A program made the position numbers and the translations under genes. From Raillietiella orientalis (lineage: Eukaryota): a stretch of 64,000 nucleotides of DNA. A model generated the notes under the pieces. It worked only from the letters and a program-made list of their open reading frames with translations. It was not told where the DNA came from and did not search any database. Shown here piece by piece: positions 12,451 to 27,140 of the stretch. The stretch is from assembly GCA_036172245.1 (NCBI GenBank), contig JAYWIR010000017.1:62001-126000 (forward strand), written 5' to 3'. How positions within the stretch are numbered: the first letter of the stretch is position 1; the number at the start of each line of letters is the position of its first letter.

Positions 12451-12779
12451 GCAACGACCTTCTTGATAGTAAATTTCCGTCAAATAATCACATGGATTCG
12501 TGTTGCCAAGCAGCTTCACAACCGTCATTAGGGATGGATGAAATCCGATCAATCAACGTAACCAAATCAGTAGCTTCTGAAGAATTGTGATCTGCTTGGT
12601 ATGCTTAGATCATGCATGCCAGTGAACCAATGAATAGCAAACGGGTGGATAAGTTCTAATTCTCATGAGATCTCACCTAGGAAGCCAGAAAAGCAAACTT
12701 GTCAGTTGTCTGTGTTTCTTTCAGAAAGCACCTGTTGTTCCCTAGGCAAACTTGAATGTCTCTTTCCTTGCATTGATTC

Positions 12780-13090
12780 AAAATTTTTCAGTAATGGACT
12801 GTGAAATGTGCAGTGGATTTCCCCCCCTCCTCTGCTGTATTACTTTCGCTTTATCTTGTTGAGGACACACAAATATTCGCACCTCTTTACACCGGGGCTC
12901 CCTGGCTTTGTGCAAAGCTGCAAAAGTGCGCACTCAGTGTTGCAGTCTGAAAAATCGGCTTCACCGAAGAAACGCAGGTATTTTGTTATTTGCCGTAGAA
13001 GCTTTTTATTTTCACTGTTTTTTCTGAAATCGCCTCTCGCTGCTTTCCTCATCCCTTGTAGTGTATTCTACTTCCAAAGGCGAATTAGGA
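12780..13090 (-). pseudogene. Possible PB1-like fragment (pre-motif A region)
   Basis: TLQGMRKAARGDFRKN (cf. TLNTMTKDAERGKLKRR) and LCTKPGSPGV (cf. KLEQSGLPVG). Weak. Confidence 0.3.
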
Positions 13091-14699
13091 TGTGAGCTAC
13101 TTGTATAAAATTTTATAATGTTTTCTGACTATGATCGCAACCAGGGTGTGAAAGTAAAGGAAGCATGAAAATTATTTGATCTGTGCTTTCTGTTGATTGT
13201 TATATTCAAATAGATTTATATCAATATGTGAATCAGGTTGTCTTTCTTTTAGCAGCAATGTTTTGACTGCTGAGGCTATCTTGAAGGTTTTTTTTTCTTT
13301 TTCTATTCATGTTTTGAACTAGACGTGTCAGCAGTGCATTAAGTACTTAAATAATTGTTTCATTATCAGCGTTTTTTTGTACTCCACATTGCGTTAGCGT
13401 TCTTTCCTCGTTAACAATTTTCCTAAATTCTTTCTAAAAATTCTAGCTAGTCAGTAATAACAGATGTGATTAGAAACTCAGAAAAATCTGCTACATCATG
13501 ATATTCATCAGTAAGCTATCATTCGTCCTATTTCAAAAAAAAACTTTGATACTGAAGTTTTCAAGTTCAATTTCTTGCCATACTGACAATTAATTTGCCC
13601 ATCTCTTATCCCTGAACTCAATGAGAAATGTATAAGCAAACATTTTTTTTATGTTCATGAGCCAGAAAAGCTGCAATTCGGAGTTTGCGTTTGAAAATTC
13701 AGACTTCATTTTCTCACTGAATTTCAGTGAGGAGTTTCGCAAAGGTATATAATTATCCAATATGTGCTGGAAAATTGGATTTTTGTTGGTGTCTTGTGCT
13801 TTTGCTGTGGTTAAAACAAAATATCCTTCTGGTAGCTGTTTCCTTAATGTTTTTTCTCTTGTCCACTTTCATTGTGCTTCCAACATGAACGTGTTCCTGG
13901 TTTTCACGATTAATGCTTTATAAATCATTAATTAGGGAAATATATATCAAAACGGATGCTATCGAATATGAACAGCATCTATTTCTTCACGAGAAGTATT
14001 TTTTCAATTTAAAGCCGACCTTAATATTTCTTTTTTTTAAAAATCAATTGCTTATCAAACATGCCTTATCTCTATAAGGATGCTCTTCAAGAGTATATAT
14101 ATGCATACTGGATTAGCAAATATGCAATACCCTTTGCGGGGCCCTGGGTTAGTTGATGTTTTCAGAGTCCCAGTATCCTTGTTGCGACGGAAAGAACCCC
14201 TGCAATTTACTCCATGCATGCACTGAATCAGTTCACAGATGAGAGTGAGGTAAAGAAGTATAAACAATTTTCTCCCACTCAATATTAACTATGCAACTTT
14301 CAAATATATCTTGGAGTGCCAAGCTTTGCGGTTAAAATATTGTGCCCTAATTGCTTGTAGTCGCTTCCGCTTGTGAATTGGTCCATGAATGTTTGGGAAA
14401 AAAACATTCTACCTACTGACTTTTGTGTGCACACCGGAACATATGCACAATCTGCATTAGTCCCATTGAATTCTGATACATTGTAATACTGTTCGAAGCT
14501 TTTATTTTCTAGTGGACTTTGCTTTATTCAGTATTTTAGAACTCTGCGTAATGAATTCATCTGCATTTAAACAGCAGTACTGAGACATTGAGGAAGTTAT
14601 CGTGATTTGGAAAAACTATTACCGAAGTATCGTTATCCATACAGTCAACGAGATTTAAGTGCTTCCATCTTTAGGAATTAGGAAAAAAGGAATTAATGT

Positions 14700-15000
14700 T
14701 ATGAATGAATGATTGAAGGTCTGAAATGCATTCCCCTTATGATGGAATTTTTGACTACTATTCCTTAAAGAAGTTACTACTAGCACCTAGCTCTTCGGCT
14801 CTTAACTGGAAATGCCCTCAGGCTTATTTCTAGCTTCATTATTTGTAATTGGAAGATCCCATCCTTGTTATCTCTTTTTGGAGTTTTTGCTTTTTTTCGT
14901 TCTTTTGTTTGTAATCTGACAGCAGATAGGTTTACTGCTCCTGCCTCTCATGCAAGAGAATGTTTAATAAATAACTGCCTGTTTCGAGAAGAAGAATTAC
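14700..15000 (+). pseudogene. PA-like C-terminal EVE fragment
   Basis: LFGVFAFFRSFV...ARECLINNCL (cf. PA [12 protein letters not shown]...IEECLINDPW). Confidence 0.5.
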
Positions 15001-17409
15001 AGATTTTGCTTTTGCAATCTTGAAAATTAAGTTTCATGTGATCTCGTTTTTCGTAACTGTTTCCTCATGGAATTTCTCATTTTATGCTTTGTGGTGATGG
15101 CCAGACGAAAACATCTGTTGTTTTCCTCGAGTTGTGAATTTCTTAGCCGAGAATACCTTAATTGGGAAGATTTGTTCTGAATGATGCGAGTACATTCAAC
15201 TGTTTGTTATCTTGCAGCAAACTTATCTTGAAAAGCACAACAAATGCGATGGGAAGTGCACGGATGACGAACCACCTGCGTCGGTTAGAACGAGTTGCGA
15301 TCTTCGAAGATGTAAAAATTAGTCGCAGTGGTTTTTGTGTGGGGCGAATTTCACAAATGCATTCACTAGGGATTGTTCAAATGTTTACATGAATAAAGAA
15401 AATTTGCTCTGCAGAAAAGAAATTCTGAATACAGGCCAGCTTGTTGAAACTCATTCCAAACATATCTTTTTTTGAATCAAGTTTCGTCAGGGATTATAGC
15501 AGAAAGAAACATACAGTTTATAAGCGTAAATTCAAATGTTTTGAAGATTGGTTTCATCATATAATTGCTTGCTAAATCAATGTTCAATGTATAAATCAAT
15601 TTTCAATTTCTGTAAAGGTAATTAAATGATGAATGCAAGTGTGTTTATATGTAAATGCAGAATGCTAAAATGGTTGGAAAGAACAATATTTGACTGGTTT
15701 GACCACCTACTTGGCAACAGCTACCTTTATTAATATATCACTCAAAGACATCTTCTGACTGCAACATGTGATGAATCATTGACATTTTGCAAAGACATGA
15801 GGAGTACAACAATGTTGCTGTGAGTACTTCAATATCAAGAACAAGATTTTCTATTGCTGTTGGCTTAGTTCAGGCTAAAATGCAACATAATTAAAACGTG
15901 AATAATAACATCTGCAAATTCCAAATTATAGCTCACTGAACAATGCTAAGATTGTAACTGACTGTTGTTGAACTCAGAATCATTTTAAGATGGAAAAGAA
16001 GAGAACATACAATGCAAAATCAGGGGAACTATGATGCAGAAATCAGATGTCAATTAAAGTTGTACTCTATATCAATGTATACAATGTTATGGAATGATTA
16101 CAAAGCATTATGAGTACTGGAAAACCATAGGTGTTAATGATGTGATTTGTAATTACAAATTAAGGCATCTGCAAACACAAAAGCTTATATCCAGCAATAA
16201 AGCAGAAGCAATCGTATGTACATTGACTAACTTGTCAATCATGAGCAATCAGATCCTGAGGCTCCTACAACATTTGGCCATAACAAGAAAGATGCAAAAT
16301 TTGGATTGCTTAGGAGATGAAACTTCAGCGTTCATATATTTAATTTGCTCATATATTTAAGTTCCCTTCTCCATTTTCTGTTTCAGTTATCTAATTGTTG
16401 CAGATATTACTGATATCTTATGATGTGATTGCCAGATGATTATGAAATTTAAAAACTCTGCTGCAGTGCAATGTAAATTTATTCATGAATACACACAAAA
16501 AAGTGGCAGCACAGCACATCTGTCCCATCATGCTTGACTTGAGGCTGATAAATGCTGTTTAAATTATGAATCAGAAATTAAAAAAGTAGATTTTCCCAAT
16601 AATATTAGATTATATGACCTTCTAGACAGTGAAAAGTAGGTTTTGGGCTTCATTTCAATACATGATTCCAAAAAAACTGTAACCTTTAAAAGACATTAGC
16701 AAAAGCATTTCGATTATAGCTTAAATTTCCACAATAACTAAGAGAAATGCAATGTTGGTCACCTTATGTTGGTCACACCAGCACCTGTATTCATTGGTAA
16801 TTTTGAAGTTGATCTCATGACAAACATGGATAAGGAGTCAACACAAAGGAAGCAAAATATCCAATGAGATTTTCACTTCCCAGTAAAGTGGAATACAGCA
16901 TACAAACGGTCATGTCAAAGAAAAAAAAATGTTGTTACTTGCATTGTACAATTACATTGCAGAAAGCTGAGTAAAATTTTCACATAGCTTTTGGGCAGTT
17001 CACTCGAAAAATGCCTTGGAAAATTTCTGTATTTTATGTAATTGTAGTTTATGTTTTTTCATTGTGCTTTCAAAGAGGATTAAACATTGGTTTTCAAGAA
17101 AAATCGGAACATTTATGCCACACAAATCAAAAGTAATCATGTCTCAGGAAAAAGGCTTTCAAGCTTGATGCCTATGGTCATCAGTAGGTTGCAACGAGGT
17201 GTATCTGCGAAAAACAATTCACAAAAGTAGGATTTTTTTTTAAATTTTATCATTACTCAATTATACTTTGAAATGCGTAACAGACTTCAGTCTGATTGAT
17301 GCACTGATGAGTTATGATGGGTGTAATTGTAAAAAACAAAATGAGTTCATATAACATTAGTAAAAAATACTGAATTTTGAGTGACGCAGAAATACGAATG
17401 TGAAAATGT

Positions 17410-18050
17410 GATGTCGCATACCGTCGTGGAGAATCGAACAAGAATTCCTTTAAATTTTAGAGGTGACCGACCATCTAGCATGTGGCACACTCTTAGAGTA
17501 AATTTTCTTCACTTCATCAGTCTTAGGGATAAGTAAACGAATTGATTCTTGAATTTAAGTACGTCCGGACCGTTCCGGATTTTGCTTTGAACAAAATCTC
17601 GATGAAGGTGCATGAGGTTCCACGAAAGCAACGATATTGGAATGAACGTGGTGGTATCAAAAAAATGGGTTTGATTCAGTACGCTATTATGATCATCATG
17701 CTGAATTAAGGTCTGCCTGGCTAAAGAGTTCTCGAGAACAAACAGACCTTTAAAAATGGCATAGCCTGAATATCTTATGCATTATTAGTCTTTACCATCA
17801 ACTCACCTTTTCCAGGAGATCGGCTGTATAATGAAGTGCTGAGTGAACGGCATTTTGAATCATGAAGGCTGTCCTTTTTTCCCTACGATGAGCTCAGCAG
17901 AGATCGAGGAGGGAAAAGGATTGCAAACTCTATATGCAGAACTGCTATCGATAAATTATTTCCCACTGTAATTCATTGTAACGCGCATTTGATAGATGCC
18001 AGCTTTATACAAAACCAGGGATCAGTAAATTCAGGGAGTTTATGGAACTG
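17410..18050 (+). pseudogene. PB1-like C-terminal-half EVE fragment
   Basis: VVENRTRIPLNFRG (post motif E), FTINSPF (cf. CNPLNPF), ICRTAIDKLFPT (cf. RCCNLFEKFFPS). Confidence 0.45.
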
Positions 18051-18459
18051 AGGATTCATGGGGAAGAAATGGAAACAGAATTAACTTTAGAGAATAGCTT
18101 CTACAGAAATGCAGTTTGGGATCCAATGCAAAGTTGGAGGGCCCATATTCAGATCATAGAATACAAACATTATCAACATTTTCAAAGAAACAGGATCTGT
18201 CTTCGGACAGATTTGTTGATCATCCACCGATGAATGACAAAAATGAAAATGAACCAAATGGAAAGGCAACGATTGGGACGCCTATCAGTTTCCACATGAA
18301 AGGTTAATCTGCACTGATACAGAAGTGGCAAAAAATAGTAGCTTACCAAAAAAAGACAATGCACCGAACTCTTCGTTATTGATTTGCTCATATCCAAGGA
18401 GTGAAAATAGTATAGAATTTATTTTATTTATTTAGTTTTTGTTTATTCTAAGATTATAA

Positions 18460-18860
18460 TCTTGGGTTTTCATACGCATCCACCTAATTCTGGTTGTATC
18501 TTGTTTTGATCAAGATTTTTTATGCCATCTTTTCTCCCATGGAATGACAGTCCTGACGTGTCTTTTCCAGGAGATTGGTTGTGAATTATTGTACTAGATT
18601 CCTTCATTTTCTGTGTTGCAAATTCTTCAAAAATCTTTTGTCGAATTGGGTCTTTCAACATGATAGTCTGCAATTGATCGAATTTTTCTTACGTGTGAAG
18701 ATGAAGCATTTGATACACTTTAGTATAGAACCGCTTAACTAAACGTTTGTTTTGATTTCGTCGTTAAGTATTTGGTGATCGGACACCAATGCTTCCCTTA
18801 TTATTTAACGTTTTCTTGATCGCAGCATTGATATTGGTAGGATATTGTATTGTGTGATGA
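18460..18860 (-). pseudogene. PB1-like N-terminal EVE fragment
   Basis: QYPTNINAAIKKTL then TKYLTTKSKQTFS (cf. HPGIFENSCIETM...DKLTQGRQTYD). Confidence 0.5.
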
Positions 18861-19529
18861 TTAAAATTTTAAATAAAGTCAAAACACGGAATCTCGAAAA
18901 CACAACTTAATCAATAAACTTTATCATTTTAAAAATACAAAAATTTTTTTAAATCTGTTTTCAAATTTCTCATTTATTTTGTATTTCAGTGTATACTCAA
19001 TGAAAATAAGGCATACGGGCACACACGCAAAAGCATGATGAGGTGATGAAAAATTGTAATAAGTAAATCATAAAAGTCAGTTAGCAGTTCTTAACCGAAT
19101 TTTTGTTTATCAGTAAACTTCGGTCTCCCTTGCACATTCAGAAAATTCCTATGCACTGTGTGATGAGTTTACATATGATACAAAGAAAATCTGATTCATA
19201 TTCTGAAAGTGAACATCGACTCATTAGTGTGCTAGTGTAAAAAACATATGTATATGTAAAATGAGCAATAGTGATCGCAAAGTAATCTTTACAACTAGCG
19301 TATTGCTTCGTTTGTAACGAACTCATGGATGAAATGGATCTCTCAAAACGTTTGCACGTTCCTCGAAAATTGAATGTAAATTTTCCACAGCCTATGCTTT
19401 TTGTATGTCCATTTTCGACTTTTTGAGGAAAGGGAGAGGGACGAATTTTCAACAGAAGTGAACTAATCGGGGACCACGGGTATTTTTTTTTTTTACGTTT
19501 TATTTATAAGCATCTTGTAGCATAATGTG

Positions 19530-19741
19530 CCCAGGAAGCTCTAGACAGTTACGAGACGTTTACCAGAGAAAGTCACAAGGTGAGCATCCACAGAATACAA
19601 AGTCCTGAATAATTTTCAGAACGTCCTGTTGGCTGTAATCAGCTAGAAAGCTCCCATGATCCGAGTTTGAAAGCTAGAATCTCCGAATATTCCACAGAAA
19701 AAAAATTTGACAGCAAGGAATACGGGAAGTGGATAGCGTGA
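19530..19741 (+). pseudogene. PB1-like extreme C-terminus EVE fragment
   Basis: FSERPVGCNQLESSHDPSLKARISEYSTEKKFDSKEYGKWIA* (cf. [41 protein letters not shown]). Confidence 0.5.
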
Positions 19742-20860
19742 AAAGGAACAACCACGTGCTCCAAGAAAGTCTAACCTAGCCTTGGGAGCCCATCGTGTAG
19801 CCTCGCAAGAGACTGGAGTTGCAGTGACGTAATTCCAAAAGTGAAACGGAGCTCTCTCAAACAAAAGGGGAGAATTTCAGCGAGGTATCCTTTGCAGTGT
19901 CCGCAGAAAAGGTGCTCACGAAGAGCTCACAGACCACATTTTAATTATGTTTTCACGTATTCTTCCTAAGGCTGTTCGCGTTTTACAGAATAACAAAATT
20001 TGTTTTCCAGTTTACTCCAGGTTTTATTTATGCTACTTCACGAAAGCATCCTTGAAGAATTTGAACATTTCCACACACTTTGTTTCAAAGTTCTTAAAAT
20101 GACTTACGTTAGAGCGCAGGTGAATGTTGAAGATTTTTACGGTTAAAAAACAAAACAAACGTACGTAGGATCTTAGGTCTTTAACAGTTGATGTTAGCAA
20201 TACTTTGGGGTTGAAAAAATCTCCCCCTCCCCAAATTATTTTCTTCTTTTCCTGTGTATTTATATTTTATTTTTGTCATCTCCAAAATGAAATTTTTAAT
20301 TCATCAGAAAAATTCTTAAAAGGTGTGCCCTTCATGGCACTCTCTGTAACAAAATATTCTTTATCTCAGTTTGCCAAATTTGTAGAAGTTGTTATTATTT
20401 TTCATCATTGGCATATAACTACCATTCTTGAAATGGAAAAATTCCAAAAATAACAGCATATCTAATAAAATAAGCTAATCTGCAATGGACTATGAAACAT
20501 TTTAGGAATGCTAGTTTTAAATGCTGAAATGTAAGCACTATAGCAGCACCACTTGCCATAACGACATTTCATGAATCAGACAATTTCTGATTGAATATCT
20601 AACTACCAGTTGGGCTCAATCACAATAATTGTATAATAATTTTCAAATCCTGTAAACCTAGATTCTTGGAGGAGATACAGACTCATGCTGTATAGTTCAT
20701 GTACTAGTTTATCCTCTTGACACTACTCTATAATTTCAAACTACCTCAAAAATGTTCACTCTGTGCATGGTGAGCTGCGTATGCTTTATGCCACAGCCTT
20801 CAATTTACAAAAAGTTTGGAATGTAAGAATTGGACGGCATGTGCAAAACACGAAAAGATC

Positions 20861-22177
20861 TTAAAAAGTGGCTACATCTTGATGGGGGATCACTGCTGTG
20901 TTTTTGTTTAACTCTGACGTCTGCAGCAGAGTAGCTGTCAAATCACGGATCTCATCCTGATCATAATGGTCTTCATCCGACCCAAGAACTGACTGCTGTG
21001 GACTGGAGGACATTTGTGAAAAATGGGAAAGCTGAGAGTTACGAGAATGTGAACCTCTACTAGGATAAAAGTTGCGTTGGTTAGCAGGTTTTACTGTGAT
21101 GATTAGGTTAAAGCTATTGGCTACCATCATATCTGTCACCTGTTCAGACAGTATAACAATTTAATCTTTTTCTTCCTGACCTGATCCAAAGTTTTTCCAG
21201 CCACTTCAATCCCATTCACCTCCAAAATCTCATCATCCACTGCAAGAAGTCCTGTGCTTTCAGCTAGACCTCCAGGGACTACTCTGGATATAAACACTCC
21301 TGGCACTTTTTCTAATCCATATGGTGTCACCCTGATACTTGTACCATCCCGAATAAAGAATCCTAAGGGCTTATCAGATCCATGCTTCAACAAGCGTACT
21401 CGGCGACAAGTTTCAGGGACAATATCCACATCAATAATTTGAGATACCTGCAAAATATTGATTGCTATTTATAAAAAGGCTGTTTACCTGACGGAAATCT
21501 TCTGGATAAGATATGGATAAGGGAGGATTGCGATTTCTGGGAGTAACATTTAACAAGTGTGAGAACAGACTTTTTCCTCCTGATCGTAAATAAGAAGAAC
21601 CATTTAATCCATCTGTTGAAGATCCTGGAATACTTTAAATTGCTAACAATTCAAAATACAATAAACAATAACCTTTTTTTTGAATTATAAGTTTCAACAA
21701 GGGTTTTGCTATCTGTAGGGCTTTTGTGTAGTTATCATCATTATTGATTGGCAACAAATCACCATCTTTTTGGTCTACATAATACACAACAAAAGGCACA
21801 CCATGCAGTTGATGCATTTTCTCAACGAAGGCATAAAATTCATCAAACTTTACCAAGGCACATTTATCTAGTGAAAATCTACGAAACTCTGCATCAAACT
21901 GAAAAGTGTTTATTGAATTATTACGTCAATAAACAGGCAATTATGATGTTATAAATAACCATAAGTCTAACTCAAACACTTTGTATAATGATTTCTACAA
22001 GAAGCATTAGTAAATCCATACAGGAGCAAGATAGCGCAAACATATGTGGCAAGGATCTTCAAGAATGCGAAAAAATTAAGTTGATAGGAATGAAAAAAAA
22101 AATACCTTGGTTTTGACTTCCACTAAATTGAAGTTGTATCGAGGAATATATTGGCCACTTTTAGCTGATTTTAGCAT
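20861..22177 (-). CDS. par-6: Partitioning defective protein 6 (Phox/Bem1 domain, semi-CRIB, PDZ)
   Basis: Exons 22177-22106, 21898-21673, 21624-21488, 21447-21181 and 21139-20861. Motifs [74 protein letters not shown]. Confidence 0.96.
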
Positions 22178-23959
22178 TCTAAATAAAAAAACTCAATCAA
22201 CATTATGCTGACTCATATTAAACAATCACATAAAAAGGGCTTCATGTTTAGCTGATTCAGCAATCGAAATCAGAACAACCTGGAAATCTTTTATATAATT
22301 CAATTTAGTATTGAAAGCAATGGGGCAACAATACATTGTTAAACTGAAAACTGTTTATTTTTCATTGGCTTTTAATATCTGCATAAAACTTGAAAAATCA
22401 ATCGCAGTCTGCAATTACAACGCAGCCTGTTCTTTCAAACTTTATATTTGTTTCGTTTTCGTTAGGAACAGGAATCATCCAAGGAACACAAAGAATAATG
22501 CAATTACGAAACTACTCCATTCCCTTAACGACAAGATATCCATAACAAGCACACATAGGTATACATGCGAATCTTAAACATTACATTTCCACTGCTAGAA
22601 TTACCACATTATACAATCTTATAAATCCAAAAAATGAAAAATGCTATAATTACTCTGTTGTGTTTTGAAAAATGAAATAGATGACAAAAACTGCATCACA
22701 GAAAATAAGCATAATCTAATTTCAAACAGTGATTCTTCACAAATTTATCTTTTTCTACTCATACTAAGAGATATTTGATGTGAATTGTTTTTTCGACGCC
22801 TATTCTTTAAAACTTCGGGAACACACTCTTAAAATGATGTAAAAAAATAGGAAGAACGAGCTTTGTTATGAATTCGCTAACAAAATTTGATTTTATTCTG
22901 TATGTGTTGGGTGTTTTAACTATATTCTGAATGAATCTAATTGCTTTCGATTATATATTCATTCACTGTACTCGATACCTCATATGATACAAATACGTAT
23001 AACACATTCTTAGTGTGCCAAGTTGGCTATGTATAAACCGCAAACATTTTATTGCTAAGTACACAGGCAAAAGTTTTATCTGTACTCACCTATAAACTGC
23101 ACATATTATGAAAAAAAATGTCAAACAACCGTTATTTATTGACAAGTACATTTGTATGAACTAATCAAGCATATTTCTTTTTGTTTGTGACGGGTAAATT
23201 ATATTTATTGTAAACATTATTGAAAACTTCAAGTTTGCAAACTATTTTTATACTCTAAAATAAATGTCTCTGAATATGCATCAATGTATGCATTTTTTCA
23301 TCTTCAGCGCTTCTTGCTTTCACCGATATCTTCCACACAAAGGCCCTTTAATGTAGTAGGATAAATGAATTCGTGAATGATTCCATAAAATAATGAGGAA
23401 AGCCTCTGAAGAACTGTACATGTACAAAAGAAACTTCATTTAGTCAGATATGGCCCAAAAATGAAGATAAGGGAGTAGCTGCTGTAATTAGACATTCACT
23501 GTTACCTATTTACCATTTCTTTCTTAGGATCTTTTTTACTTTTCCGGTCTTCGCTGTTCATACTTAATGATTTAAAAAAATCGTGATTTTGAAACGGCCT
23601 GTTTAAAATTGAGTCATTTAAAAATATTTTCGACAAATCACAACAGATATCAGATGTTAAGTTCTAATTTGCAATTACTATCTAAAAACAGCTATTTATT
23701 ATGCTCTCATACATAGTCTGTAACAGTGGATCATGCTAAACCTATTTCATACGTCCTTCGGAAAGATTACATGTTTTCAGAGAATGTATTTTTTTAATAA
23801 ACTTATATTTTCAGAAATTATGATTATTTTTTCAAGAAATAAGTCTTCTTACTTCACTTTCAATTCAGTTATTTCAAGAAATGAGTTCTATCATAGGGAA
23901 ACCAATAATTACAAATATCTGTATTGAAAAAACAAGCTCATTTACATAATTTCTAACTA

Positions 23960-24280
23960 TATTCATAAGTTTATCCTTGGGTGGGACAAGATCCTAGTGC
24001 AGTCAAATGCAAGTATTTTATTCATTATTGATGTGTCTTTCTGACCAAAACTTGATATCCTTCAACACTACGAGCACAGTAACCGGTAACTGTGGAATTC
24101 TGAAATCAGAGCCTTTAATTTTAAAGAATCTAATTGCTGCATGATCGTGTCTTAGGGGCAAACATTTAGAAAAGCGGCCATTTTTGACTAAGTCAAAAAC
24201 AAAATGCAGCTGATCCACTTAACTGTGTCCTGATCCATGCATGGCAAAAGTACTAAACTACATAGAAAATTATTGTGTGA
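23960..24280 (+). pseudogene. Possible PB1-like N-terminal EVE fragment
   Basis: PFLTKSKTKCS...CMAKVLNYIEN resembles the ~18760 fragment and KLTQGRQT...AATALANTIEV. Confidence 0.35.
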
Positions 24281-24479
24281 CACATAATTGATACAGTAAA
24301 CTTACTTTTTTGATAGTTCTAATAGCAAGCCAATTTTAGAAGTTGAGATTTATGCTTTTACCTCGTTCGAAACTGTTCCGGAGTCGAAATAAAATAATGT
24401 GTCTACAACTACCACGTTATTATTATTATTATTATTTTTTTAAAAAAATCATTTTCACGTAATTAATTGAACAACAAGA

Positions 24480-24810
24480 AAGCAAAAAGAGGTCCTGTTC
24501 TTACTGAACGCAAGCCAAATTCTTAAAACTATTTCTATCGAAAACAATAAGGTTTCAGGCAAAAAATGACAAGATCGATGAAGTCGGTATCTCGGCAGAA
24601 GTTCCATGAAACCTTTGGGTGAACGGAAATCTTTCAGAAGAATCACTTTCATCTCATTTTCAGGTTTGCACCTCTGATTCTCTGCTCGTCGTGACTCCAT
24701 AATCGTATTCTGGAAGCCGAGGCAGAGCTACGCGCCGAATCTCCGCTTGTCCAGCGGGAATGTGATAAACCATCATTTCTTGTTTCTTTACCGGGAGCTC
24801 ATCGTACACG
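24480..24810 (-). pseudogene. Possible PB1-like N-terminal EVE fragment
   Basis: MMVYHIPAGQ...EYDYG...FPFTQRFHG; compare FFPTKFCG in the ~61930 copy. Confidence 0.3.
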
Positions 24811-25199
24811 CATTAGTCAAATACTATGCGGTCAATTTTCATCTTCCTACGATGACGTAATTCGGATGATTCACCTACGGTGAAAATAAATATGTGCAGA
24901 TGATACCCGTAAGTACATCTGGGAGTCATTTGCATAAGTTCGTTTTCCAGTACGAGCAGAGCGCAATGGTACCAATAAGAAACGGTTATAGGCGTGTACG
25001 TACACGATAAAAAAAAAAAGTAGGAATAATCTGATTTCGAACTTGAACGTAACTCGAACGCATGTAAGTTTATAAAGAAGTAGACGTTGAGTATGTGAAA
25101 GCACTGAAAGAGAATGTTAGAGGTGAATGAAGTCAAAGTATTTAATTGCGATCCTATGGCCACTGGTGAAGTTGACTTCAAGCCAGCAATTGTCAGAAT

Positions 25200-27140
25200 T
25201 TCCAGCTAAAAACCTACGAAGCATGAAGTTTATGCTTAACCTTGGAAAATGAATGCATCTCGAAGAATACAGCTGACGTGAGCCATCATAAGAGTAACAC
25301 TGAAATACAACTTTTCTATTTGTATTCACAAAAAGCAAATCTTGGATCAATTTTTCTGAAACACTGCTTAGAGATTGCACATTGCTTCAGATCTGACACC
25401 GCTGAAGTATCCATCATATGTAAGGAAGCTGAAAAAAATGGAATTTGTGTATGCCAATTCAGTGAATGTGGTAAGGAAGATTGGAAGATGAATTATGTGA
25501 AAGTAGTTGAACTTAAAAAAGGTTTTTTAAATTCTCATAAGCAAGCACATTTTCTGTTGTGGAGTGTAGCAAGAATAGGCATTCGGTATGTTTTCGCGGT
25601 TTCAAGGAATTTTCAGCACAATGTCCTTGAACACAAGACTCCAGTTCTAGAAATGTGGAACGACCGCACTCAATAATCTAGGAATAACTGTTTTCCTGCA
25701 TCAGTGTCTACTTAAAGCAGTGTTCTGCAATATTGGAACCTGCCATGCTAACCGTGCTCAAGCTTCCTGAAGGTTGTAGAAATAGCAGTAAGGTGAATCA
25801 GATTTTTAAATCAATTGTACATTGAGTGCAGTTTCAGAATGGTCCATAACTGCGGATGGAGTGAGTTTATTGACCACCGAAACAGTCAGCACTATGATGA
25901 GAATTCGAGATCTAGAAAATGAAGATCCCAAGCACAAAAGCTGTTTGCTTTGATTTCACGCGGAGATATAAAATTCGAACCGAGTTCTTTACCAGGACTG
26001 CAACAGCAGAGGAAAGAGACAGATGAAGAAGAGTCTTGCATATCCTTTATAAAGAAAAATCGTTCAAGGGAAAGGAGGAGCCAACACAAACAAGAATGGA
26101 TAGCGTAATTGGGACGAATCTGTTCTTTTTCCTAAAGCAATTCTTTCTGCTTTACGTAGAACTTTGCAGTCTGACTTGGAGTCGAATTCTTTGTCGGCTC
26201 AAGTATTGGAAACACATTTGCAACTCTGTACCTAAATTTTATTAAAACTGCGATCCAAAATTTCCAAAGCTGATCACCATCAGTGAAAAAATTTTACACC
26301 TGAAATCTAGGAATCAATTCGAAAGGCCATTTTTCAGATAAGGGTAGCTTTTATTTGATACGTCAAAGCTTGGAGCATAGCCGAGATGGAAAGGACGGCT
26401 AAAGAAATTGTGAACACTGAAAGAGTTCGTTTGACATTTATCAGAAAGTGAATAAAGATAAATCGTGTGATTGATTTTTGTGGTTGCTACCATACAGAAC
26501 TAAATCATGTCTTCCTATCATTAGAAAAAGTTTTGCATTTTTCTTTTCGAGAAGAATAATTACCTTACGGAAAATTAATTTCTTTGCTATGTATCTAGAA
26601 TTAGGTTCACCTAGTTCTAGGTATATAGAGAAGCGTTCCACGTCAAGTGAATTATAGAAATGCATGTTTATGGAGCTTTCCATTTACTGTCATATTTCCA
26701 AAATATCTTTCACCACTGCGTACTTTCTCTGCTCCTCCAAATTGACTTATTTTATTCGATGCGTTTTGAACTTTTGAGTATAATGGGACCTTGACTGATT
26801 TCTTCAGTATTCTGATCTTCACTGTCAACCCTTTTTTATCCTGAAAAGGAATGCATTTCGTTCTATCCTTTGTTCTTTTGGATCGTTTATTGCATTTGGA
26901 ATCATAACGGCTACCATGTTTTCTTGGATTGCAAGAAGTTTCCACAGAAGCCTTCAGTGCTTCTGTGGAGATGCAGCAGTATTCCATGAAAGCCTTGGTT
27001 CTCTGAGGTTACATATCAGAACTAAAAGGAAACTTACCAGTATGGAAAAAACGAGTAGCTATGAAGGAGCCTTTAAGTACATATGTCGAGTGAGAAGCCA
27101 TGCGTGGCACAGAAATGATCTTTTTCCATGAAAACTTCTG
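25200..27140 (+). pseudogene. Near full-length decayed PA-like EVE
   Basis: ILSALRRTLQSDLESNSLSAQVLETHLQLCT (cf. [31 protein letters not shown]), NLGINSKGHFSD (cf. YGFIIKGRSHLRN), TEAFSASVEMQQYSMKALVL*GYISELKGNLP (cf. [33 protein letters not shown]), in PA order. Confidence 0.65.

Noticed and set aside
12268..12552. ORF with EIYYQEGRCFLEASITGD as a PA endonuclease motif
   Set aside because: A single weak resemblance lying at the upstream end of a segment whose ordered motifs fit a LINE RT much better.
19643..19864. Minus-strand ORF (FWNYVTATPVSCEATRWAPK) as a PB1 N-terminus
   Set aside because: Only one loose block matches and the ORF overlaps a better-supported + strand PB1-like C-terminus.
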